Assembly: GCA_964234715.1 (NCBI GenBank)
Contig: OZ174276.1
DNA: 64,000 nucleotides
Strand: one strand, 5' to 3'
Source: Podarcis melisellensis
Lineage: Eukaryota
Numbering within the stretch: the first letter of the stretch is position 1; each line of letters begins with the position of its first letter. The notes below the pieces were generated by a model that ran no database searches, had not been told where the DNA came from, and was given only the letters and a program-made list of their open reading frames with translations. Positions 50,959-60,686 of this stretch are shown piece by piece. The translations under genes were made by a program, and so were the position numbers.

Positions 50959-51912
50959 TAATGACCACAGCATATGACTAAGTTTAGTCCCTGAGGCCTG
51001 ACATCACCACCAGTGGCTAGGCTTGTTTGTCCTGCTTATACGGGAAGTGGATTTTATATATATATATAAAACTGGATCACACAAGAGTATACATACCTCC
51101 GGCAAGGCAGTATCAGTAGCTTTTGGGCTGTTGTGAACTAGGTTGCTTTTATAATGCCTTTTGAGTCTTTGTTCCACAGTTCCCTTCCATTATTGCAGTG
51201 GCTTCTTTGAGGCAAATGTGCCTGAGAATGGGACAGAGGAAAGCCACCAGAGAGTGTACTCTCCCTGCGGCACATAGGGGAAGGAGAAGGCAAGGAATGA
51301 GAGAAATGAAACCCACAATGTAGATCTGCACATCCCTGAAATTCAGGAATGACCATGTGAGGAAACTGCCTAGCAATTCCAGAATTAATGGTCTGGAACT
51401 TAAGAGTGTGCCATCGTGACCTTGCTCAGAGTCACCAGATAGATTTAATTCCATAGCCTAAATCTCCCAGTAGCAATGCACAATCTCTCAAATCTCATCA
51501 GCTGTCAAAAATGGCAATGGTAACCAGAGGAGATAAGAACTCCCCCTGTAGAATCAGCATCCTGCTTTCAACAGCGACCAACTTCTCCAACAATTCTATA
51601 GCACCTCCACTCTGCACACAAGGAAATAAAAGCAACTTCCACTCATAATAACTGTTGAGCATAAAACTAGCAATGTGAATTGTTTTCATTGTACATGTGA
51701 ACTTTCCCCAACATTGTAGGATTCAAGGGATGGAGTAGGGACAGCATCCAATCTCCCACCCAAATTAAAATAACAACTTCCCAAAAGTAGATATATATTT
51801 TTAAAAAAAGATTTGTGTAGCTATTTTGTGCACAAAGACAAACCTATACAGTGTATGAACACAAGTGGAATATTTTTGTTTATTTGAAGAACAGTTTTAT
51901 TTCTTTTTATTT

Positions 51913-51960
51913 CATTCATTCATTCATTCATTCATTCATTCATGCTTGCTTGCTTGCTTT
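51913..51960 (+). repeat. Compound (CATT)n(GCTT)n microsatellite
   Basis: cattcattcatt... followed by gcttgcttgctt... Confidence 0.9.
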
Positions 51961-51992
51961 CTATAAAGCACACACCTAGCAATGATTCTAGT

Positions 51993-52082
51993 TACAGGTA
52001 GGTAGCCGTGTTGGTCTGCCAATAACAAACTTAGTTGGTCACTAAGGTGCTACTGGAAGGAATTTTTAAATTTTGTTTCGAC
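51993..52082. mobile_element. Probable Penelope-like retroelement fragment
   Basis: tacaggtaggtagccgtgttggtctgcc..aacttagttggtcactaaggtgctactggaagg resembles lizard Penelope terminal sequence (recognised from memory). Confidence 0.45.
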
Positions 52083-53123
52083 CTAGCAATGATGTCAATC
52101 AAGAAACAAAACATGCCTTCTCATTGCTATCATTTGTATTCAGAGACACACTGCCTCCAACAGTGAAGGTAGAACATAGCCATCATGCCTGGTAGCCTTG
52201 TTCTCCACGAATTTATCCAATTCCCAGAGTGGTTCAACAATCCCTCTTCCCAGAGAACCCTGGGATTGTAAAACAGAACTTCCCTTTGGACAAGCCAGTC
52301 TAATTCTTCTGTGCCAACACTTGCTCTTCTTTATGTTTACTAAGTCTATTTTTAATAACGCCTTCCAGCAATTTATCAAGGCCAAACATTAGGCTAACTG
52401 GCCTGTGATTTCCTGGCTCGCTGCCCTCACCCCTTTATAAAAATTGGTGCTGCGCTGGCTTACTTCCAGTCATCTGGTAAAGATGCTTATTTTAGTTACA
52501 AATCTGTTTCTGCTAGATGCATTTCCAGAGGGAGGTATCCATGTATTACCATCACAAATGGGTGGCGTCAATGCTAAATGGAAAGGAAGGAAGGAGGAAG
52601 AGACCACAAAATTTGAGCTTGAAATTAACAGGCATTAATTGTCACAACTGATATGCTATGGAGGAGGCAGGTGGGCTCTCCCCCCGCACCCACTGCAATA
52701 GAAATATTGCCAGAAGAAAAAAAGATATCCACATATTTAATGTTTCAGACACCTTCTCTCAGGTGTGAACATCTTTTTTCCAACCAGATGTCCTGCATTA
52801 CACCTGGATAAGGCAGGTGCAATCATGGGCGCATCCAGGATTTTTGCTAGGGGGCAGCCCTTTTGTGGGGGGGGGCAGAACCTCAGTTAGCTATGATTTT
52901 TATTTATTTAGGGGGTGGAGCTGCCCCTCCCTGCCCATGGATGCAACTGATGCACTATAAATTGAGTCTGGAATCAGCCCTAAAGGAGGGTTGGTGTCTT
53001 ACACAGATGTTCTGTTTTCTCTTAACAGTTCAGACCACAGGGCTGATCTGCTTAGCTTTCTTCAAGCCATATTAGGTAGGGAAGCAGACTTCCAGACCTC
53101 ACCATAAGCCCATCTGATTCATT

Positions 53124-53258
53124 CAGGGGTTTCCCAAACTTGAGTCTCCCACTATTTCTGGACTACAATTCCCATCACCCCTGACCATTGGTCCTGCTAG
53201 CTAGGGATGATGGAAGTTGTAGTCCAAAGACAGCTGGAGACCCAAGTTTGGGAAACAA
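53124..53258. mobile_element. hAT-type MITE with palindromic core, at the 5' edge of the CpG island
   Basis: caggggtttcccaaacttg..ggactacaattcccatca / tgatggaagttgtagtcc..caagtttgggaaac. Confidence 0.8.
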
Positions 53259-53289
53259 CATTAGTGAGAGGAAGGCCTTGAGCTTGATG

Positions 53290-54320
53290 ACCGCCTGGCC
53301 CTTTGCCCCCTTTCCCCGATGCCGCTCAAAGAGTACACGCGTCCCAGGAACAGGATGGCGCCCCCTGACGCGAGGCCCTGGGAAGAATGAGGCGGCCTGA
53401 GCCTCGGCTGCCGACCTCCTCCGAAGTTGGGGTGGGCGGGGTGGGGGTGGAGAGGAAGGAGGAGGTGGTCTGCGCAGCCCTCCCTGACACCTCCAAGTCT
53501 CGCTTTCCTTTTGCGCGTCAGCAGCAGCAACGGCGGGTGAAAACTTGCGACTCCGGCAGGAGAGAAGGTCCCTTTCTGGAGAGCTGCTTCCCTGGCGCGG
53601 GGAGAACGCGGCGCCCCTCCGGCTGCCCGCCCGCCCGCCCGCACCTGCTGCTCCGCGAAGAGGCTCGGCCGCTGTCTCCTCCTCCCTCCCTCCGGGCGCC
53701 CACCCCCCAGCTCGCCGGTCCCTCCCCCCGAAGCCGGTCACTGAGGCTGCATTGAGCCGCGGCTCTGGCAAAAGTTTTGAGCGGAGCGCCAGCGCTCAGG
53801 AGCCGGCGCAGAGCGACCCCTTGGCGGGGAACTTCCTCGACCCTTTGCCCGGCTGCGATGCGCCCGACGGGGAGCGCCGAGAACTGAAGCCACACAGGCA
53901 GGTAGGTCTGGGCCGGCGGCTGAGGGAAGAAGGAGGGCTGCCGTCTTCGCGGGTTTTTCCTTTGGTCACGTCGAGGGGCGCGAGCGCGTGGCGGGGAGAT
54001 CCCTCAGCCGGTTCCAGGGGCACCGAAGGCGCTTTCTCTGGGCTCGCTGAGGGCGGCGGTGTGGAAGGGGGCTCTCGCTCTCCCCCCTTCTTCTCCCCTT
54101 CAGCCTCGGGCATAGCTGTCAACTTTTCCCTTTTCTTGCGAGAAATCCCGTTCGGAATAAAGGAATTTCCCTTAAAAGGGGACAAACGTTGACAGCTATG
54201 GCCTCGGGTTCCCCGCGGTGAACGGGATGGAGCTGAGCACATGCAACAGCCAGCCTCGTCCCTGCCTTGCGAGGCGACAACGGCCTCGGTCCGGGGCGTC
54301 CACACGGCAGCCGAATATAG
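53290..54320 (+). promoter_or_regulatory. CpG island promoter with a probable non-coding first exon ending at 53901 (next gene, GCGR expected from synteny)
   Basis: CpG-rich island with GC boxes (gggcgggg about 53434, cccgcccgccc about 53626-53640), an E-box cacctg (53642) and a good donor CAG|GTAGGT at 53901/53902. I recognised no coding exon in 54-64 kb. The gene identity rests only on the human order SLC25A10-GCGR. Confidence 0.6.
54111..54200. mobile_element. 90-bp hAT MITE, copy 1
   Basis: Perfect 13-bp TIR catagctgtcaac / gttgacagctatg; perfect 8-bp TSD gcctcggg (54103-54110, 54201-54208). Confidence 0.92.
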
Positions 54321-54358
54321 CGGGACAGCTTTGTGGAGGGTTAAAGGAAGGGACTTCT

Positions 54359-54511
54359 GGAGAGCTCCGTTGGTTAGAACGTGGTGCTGGTAACAGCAAG
54401 GTCTCAGGTTCAGTCCCCATATGGGACAGCTATACATTCCTGCACTGCAGGCTGGGGGATTGCACTAGTTGATCCTTGGTGTCCCTTCCAACTCTACAGT
54501 TCTATGATTCT
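54359..54511 (+). mobile_element. tRNA-derived SINE with CR1-type tail
   Basis: gagagctccgttggttagaacgtggtgctg..caggttcagtcccc head; ccttccaactctacagttctatgattc tail. Confidence 0.75.
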
Positions 54512-55202
54512 GCAACTGTTAAAAGGGGAGCAGCGTCCTCTCCCGAGAGGTCAGAGACCCACTTGGACGCCAAGTATATAGTCAACTTTGGCAGAATTTC
54601 TAGCGAGCCTGTTAGAATATGCCACGCACCACCCAGTTTGCTTTGCTGGCTTGCTAGTCTGTGGTAAGGTTGCCATATTTCATAAAGTAAAAAAAGAGGA
54701 CTCCCCAAAAGACATCAACTCTGCCTTTGTAATGTCCTGGGAAATCCGGACTGTAGCAGCCCATGTCTCTGGACACACAGGGTAATCCTTGACCAGATAA
54801 CCATACACACACATGTGTCAGTCAAGGACCTCCTTAGCTACTTCTTAAGAGCAATACAATTTTTCTCCCTTCCCAAGAGCAAACAGTATCGGGTATGATT
54901 TCCAACTCCCCTTTGATCAGCAATGGCTGCAGCAAAACGAGATGACCCCAAATTACTCTGCCAAATGAAGAATGCTTGAAGGTAACCAGGAGTGGTTTCC
55001 AGGTGGAAGGGCTATGAGTTCAGTTCATTCTGGTACCCAAAATTAATTCCCTGGATCTGAATTGTTTAATGCTACACTGACTCCACTTGGTGGATCTTGT
55101 GGGTTCCGGTTAAACCACCACCACCACCACCAAGCAAATCCTGCAAGCCTGAGGTCTGACCAGCCCTGAAATAGATAGTGCCTTGTTTTCTAGTCCACAG
55201 TT

Positions 55203-55304
55203 CATGGGCATAGCCAAGGGGGGTCAGCTGTTCCCTATGATCAATAAAAATATTTAACTAACTAAGGTTCTGCACCCCCCAAAAAAATCCTGGCTATGCC
55301 CATG
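55203..55304. mobile_element. 102-bp hAT MITE
   Basis: Perfect 14-bp TIR catgggcatagcca / tggctatgcccatg; perfect 8-bp TSD ccacagtt (55195-55202, 55305-55312). A decayed relative in opposite orientation lies at about 52824-52950. Confidence 0.92.
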
Positions 55305-55569
55305 CCACAGTTTTTTTATGCTCTTTGCTTTGAAAACCCAAACAGGAGAATTGCATCAGTTGCACAGGGAACCTCTGGATTTTGGGAAGAGAAAGTGTGG
55401 GGCAGTAGTAGTTGGAGAACACTGCATGGATGAGGGGGAATGAAAGGAGGCACAAAGGGGTTCACAAGTCACATTAAGCCAAGGCATGGAAGGGGCCACT
55501 GAGAAAGGGGGCACGTATACCCACCATGGAGTTGTGCTTATGGCTAGGCGTGTGTGTGTGTGTGTGTAC

Positions 55570-55654
55570 CATAGCTGCCAACTTTTTTCTTGCAAGGAAT
55601 CCTATTCGGAATAAGGGAATTTCCCTTTAAAAAATGGAAAAGTTGACAGCTATG
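55570..55654. mobile_element. 85-bp hAT MITE, copy 2 of the 54111 family
   Basis: TIR catagctgccaac / gttgacagctatg; same internal cctattcggaataagggaatttccctt; perfect 8-bp TSD gtgtgtac (55562-55569, 55655-55662). Confidence 0.92.
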
Positions 55655-55658
55655 GTGT

Positions 55659-55697
<39 letters not shown>

Positions 55698-56035
55698 CAT
55701 ATACACAGTACATACAGTTCCTCTTCTGCCCTGCTTCTCCTCCTCCTCCATGCTAGTATCACATCACAGGGCTATGTTCTTGTCTCCTGCCCACAGCCTC
55801 CTGCAGACACCCAGCCACACAATCAGTCACGTAACACCTAGCAGAACTTGAACCTAATTAATACTAATGGCAATCTGCTATGTGTGCAGGAGAAAAGGTG
55901 GCAGAGGGGAGAGTGTGTGTGCCTGTTGAATGGACAAACACATGCCCCGTGTGAACTATAACCCAAAGGTGAAAAAAACAACTCCGGAGACGACAGCCAA
56001 TTGGTTAAAAAAATTCTTTTATTTTATGTATGACT

Positions 56036-56219
56036 GGGATAGCTCAGTTGGTCAGAGCAGGAGACTCTTATGCTCTGGGTGGTGGGTTCGACCCACATGT
56101 TGGGCAAAAAGATACCTGCATGGAAATTCTGTTTCTTCCTTAGAATCATAGAGTTCGAAGGGACCACAAGGGTCATCTAGTCCATGACCCTTTTGGTCCC
56201 TTTGAACTCTATGATTCTA
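56036..56219 (+). mobile_element. tRNA-derived SINE whose 3' part is rearranged into a fold-back inverted repeat
   Basis: gggatagctcagttggtcagagcaggagactctta..ggttcgaccc head and a CR1-type tail ..gaactctatgattcta; see the hairpin finding. Confidence 0.8.
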
Positions 56220-57321
56220 AGGAAGAAACAGAATTGGAATGGCCACTTTTACAATATATAAGGACCCGAGGCACAGGATTGTTTGTTACGCACTGTATTG
56301 CAAAATCACAAAACGTCCATATGAAAATCTCTGGTTAATGTGACACACTGCTAAACAACAAACAGATCTGGAAGCCCAGCAGGTTCAATGAATACTGAAT
56401 TTAAGCATGGTTATACCCATCTCTGCAAAAGTGGGGTGAACATTGGAGCACAAGGCGTAAGGGAGAGTAATACTGTACTGTATACTGGTCCAGTTACCCA
56501 TTCAGGCAAATCTGTCCTAAATTTTTGGCATGTGCGGTATAATCCTACATTGGTAACTTGGGGAAGTTAGGAAGGATAAGTAGGCTTTTCCTCTACAGAT
56601 GCTGTTGTTGTTCAAATAGGAGGTGTTAAAAATGGTGTCCAGTGTATAAATGAACTTCTAAAGATTTATATTTAGGAATGGATTGGTTCAGAGTCCACCC
56701 TACCCTGCTTGGGATTACTGTTAACGTTATTGCTGTAAACACACGATCTCATGCAAAACTCACTAAATTGCCTATACCAAGAGTAGTGTGTTGCACTCAC
56801 CAAGGCAGGATAATTGCAGGACACCAGATATTAAAATCCCAAGCAAGCCTGACTTTTGCCTTTCTCTTGCTACAATGGACAGTGTTGGGTTAACTGCCTT
56901 GCCTTGGATACATTGCTGGTTAGGACAGAATGGCAGCCTGTGGGGATCTGGCTCCTCCAGTGTCACTAGTGAGGCAGGATAGGAACCAAAAAGAGACTTG
57001 TAGCAGCAATCATGGCAGCCTCTTAGTGTGTGCACGAGGAGTAGAAATCGCTTCCTATTGGCTTTCAGGCTTAGTTCTGACCTCTGATCCTTATGTACAA
57101 GCCCAGAACAGCAGTGGAGTTTAGGTAACAGCCCCGCTTCTTCCTAGATTCAGTTTCCCTTGTTTGAGTGTGACGACATGTACAGCAAATTCTTGGAAAA
57201 GCTGCATGGGAGCAGACAGTCTCCCTTTAATTAACCACTTGGTCCTATATCATGGAATGGAGCATTGATATGACCTTTCTTAAAATGCCTTGCAGGAATC
57301 TCCCCTCCTTGCTGCATGATA

Positions 57322-57545
57322 CAGTGGTACCTCGGGTTAAGAACTTAATTTGTTCTGGAGGTCCGTTCTTAACCTGAAACTGTTCTTAACCTGAAGACCA
57401 CTTTAGCTAATGGGGCCTCCGCTGTCGCTGTACTGCTGCCACGCGATTTCTGTTCTCATCCTGAAGCAAAGTTCTTAACCCGAGGTACTATTTCTGGGTT
57501 AGTGGAGTCTGTAACCTGAAGCGTCTGTTACCCGAGGTACCACTG
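57322..57545. mobile_element. Tc1/mariner-superfamily (Tigger/pogo-like) MITE
   Basis: 16-bp perfect TIR cagtggtacctcgggt / acccgaggtaccactg with TA TSDs (57320-57321, 57546-57547); internal ttcttaacc repeats. Confidence 0.9.
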
Positions 57546-60394
57546 TACAGTCCTTAGCTCCAACCCCATTCCAGTATGGGCCCATCAGGTGGAACTGACA
57601 GCACATTTTGTGACTATTTCTGCTTCTATCCACAGAGGTGGATTTAAGGGAGTGTGACTGGTTCAGTTGCACTGGGCGCAGAGCCTCGGGGACACCGCAG
57701 GGGGGGGGGCGCTGCAACTATGATGTAGAATGGAATGTGAGAGGAGAGGGTGCCGCTGAAATTTGAGACCCCCAAATCTATCCACCTACACCCTTCCAAA
57801 ATGCAGTAGCAGAAGCAAATTACCAGTAGCAAATTCTTGTAATGTGATCTTGATTTATGCACTTAAAAGCAATCCAGCTCTTAATGAGAAACCTGCAATT
57901 CTCCAAGGATCACTTGTGTAAATTATGCAGAGATGCAAATATTTCAACATGATGTGAACCCAGAAATATGTTAGTTTTTTTTTAAAAAAGTGATACTGTG
58001 TGCCAGTTTTTAGGGAATTTTAAATATTTGGTGGCAGAAACACATGACACAGAGAACAGTGTGTACAAAGGTCTTGAAGGGCATTTATGGGATGGGACAG
58101 GAGATATACAGAGCACAGACTTCCTTGCCTCTGGCCACTGAAAACCCCACTTACAACTTCTGTTTTCACAAAGTACTGTCTGCACATTTTCAACCCCCCC
58201 CCCCAAACAATGCTGATGACTAGAAACTTCAGTGTTGCTTTTTTAAAAGTAAAACTGAAATTAATGGAAACAGAAAGATGTGTCTCGACATCCCAGATTC
58301 CATTGCAATTGCAGTTATGAAGATTTTCAAATGCACATGCCCTTCCCATTCTCATTCACCTAATACTGCCTTTCACTCAGTGTGTTAAGACATCCCCATT
58401 ATCTATCCCCTCCCAACAGTCCTGACCTATTGGATTTTTGAGACCCGATGTGACAATCTCCCATACTCTTTGTCCACTTTACCTTTAGCACATATTTTTC
58501 TTGCCCTGTGTATCAAATCCTCTGCTGCTTGGGGCCCAGAATAGATGTTTTTCACTGTTTGGCTGTGAACACAGTGAAGAGTCTATTCTCTGTGTGCCAC
58601 AAAATGCCCTGGGTGTAATTGGAGGACAGTGTATCATGATACCACCCATTCATTTGTCTGATATAATTCAGCTCCTCATGTAGCATGGATGATATGAAAA
58701 TCCTAATTTCTGATCCCCCATCTGGCATAAGTCTCAATATAAGACTCTGGGAAACATATCTCGTTAGATATGTTTGTTAAGCTTGTTAGAGTGTTTCAGC
58801 TTTGTGCTTGGTTGGCGGCTGGTGCTTAATTTGTAAAATGATGGCCAGAGTTCAGCCCTATCTGGAAGCCAGGCCCTCTAACCAGGAAAACTTATTCTGT
58901 AGCCACCAATGAAAACAGAGGGACAGGCTAGACTTGTTGAGTTTGTGCATGCTCAAGAGGCATGGACTCTTCTCTTTGGATAACCAGAACAAGAAAAAAA
59001 GAAAGAAAAAAGCAACCCCAACCTCTACTAGTGCAGTATTTGGGAGACTCCGTACACACAGCCCTGCCAGTTTGTGTGAGTTGATTGCATCTTGGGCTGG
59101 ATTTGGCTGTGTGATTGCTTCACAGAATGCTCAAATCAAGACTGGGGGAAAAGTCTCCTGGTGTTCCACTGCTGCATCATAAATGCTTCGTAGTTGGACT
59201 GCAATAGTAGAGTAAAATCTCAGCTTGCATTGAAAAATTATGACTGGAGAGTCTAGAGAACCTATTGCACCATTGTTTCACTGCTTGGTGAAAAGATTGA
59301 ACAGATTCACTCAATCCGCATAAGGGCACCCATCCCAAGTTGTGTGATTTGAACCTCAGATTCCAGGATCCAGGACTAGCTCCTCTAGCAGAACCTATGG
59401 CTTGGCAAAAACAGGTTCCAACTCAAATTAAGCACCAAATCTGGTTCTTCTGTTGTGTCTAGCTGGCTATGGATGTCACCTACTTATTTGGGGATGTTAT
59501 ATACTTCTTGATATAGACCACTGGTGTCAGGTGGATGTGTTTTTACATGCTTTCAAGAGGCAACAATTTCTGGAAAACATTCTGGCAGGGCTTTGCGTTA
59601 AGTTGCCAATACAAATGGATTGAAATCTGCCTTCATTCATTTGCAGCGTTTCTATTCTGCATTTTCCACAAGGAGGGGTCTGCATAATTCTACCCTCCCA
59701 GGTTATCCTCGAAACAACCCTTTGAGCTAAGGTAGCTTCAGCTTGTGTGACTGACTCACCTGGCTGAGTGAGTGGGGATTGGAACCTGGATCTCTATCTC
59801 TTCCTTTCCTAGTCCAACCCTCTAACCACTACACCACACACTTGCCTATCAGATTCTGAATGGAAAAATGTCTTCTGGGGCTGAGCCTGCAAAAGACGCA
59901 GTATGTAGTCTTTTGCACACCCTGTAGTTCTGCCTGCACATGTGCTTCTTGGCATCCGTGCTTGCCCGCTAAGTGGCAGACAGGTAGGCCTTCTCGAGCG
60001 CTGTTCCTTGCACCACAAGGGCCATGGTGGTGAGTGAGTGAGTGCTGAGCTGTGACCACTTGGTTCTGTGGGGATATTTGCAGTGATGGGAGGCCCTGAG
60101 CAGGGTCCTTTAGGTTCAGTCTCAGCCTCTCCACTGTGCCCTTTGTGCCTCTGCTCCGAGTTGGGCTGTGTCAACAGAGTGATTGCAAAGTATCCTGTTT
60201 GAACAAGTCTTACTCACTACCAGACCTTGCAAGTTGGGAAGTTGCCTGGTGCATCAGAATAACAACTGCTCCAATCTTGCCCCCTTCAGTTGGGGGTGTG
60301 TCTCGTCACCAGCCCCCAAGCAGACGGCAGCCACGGATGGGTCAAGTTGCATGCTGGGAGGATGAAGAGGATCCTTTGTCGCCTTTTCTGTGTC

Positions 60395-60686
60395 TTGCAG
60401 CGCTCATCTCGCTTTATTGGCCGAGGGAGCTGGCGTACAGCTTCCGGGTCATGTGGCCAGCATGACTAAGCTGCTTCTGGCGAACCAGAGCAGCGCACGG
60501 AAACGCCGTTTACCTTCCTGCTGGAGTGGTACCTATTTATCTACTTGCACTTTGACGTGCTTTCGAACTGCTAGGTTGGCAGGAGCAGGGACCAAGCAAC
60601 TGGAGCTCACCCCGTCGTGGGGATTTGAACCGCTGACCTTCTGATCCTAGGCTCTGTGGTTTAACCCACAGCGCCACCCGCATCCC
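60395..60686 (-). mobile_element. Sauria SINE (3' tail missing)
   Basis: Reverse complement begins gggatgcgggtggcgctgtgggttaaaccacagagcctag and carries the cctagcagttcgaaagcac core. Confidence 0.88.

Noticed and set aside
53175-54437. Long overlapping ORFs of 198-215 aa on both strands
   Set aside because: They are low-complexity R/G/P/A/S translations typical of stop-poor CpG islands, run through MITE insertions and show no recognisable domain.
56036-56105. tRNA gene (similar heads at 28370-28443, 31169 and 54359)
   Set aside because: A/B-box-like heads are present, but the stems are degenerate and each continues into a CR1-type tail, so these are SINEs.
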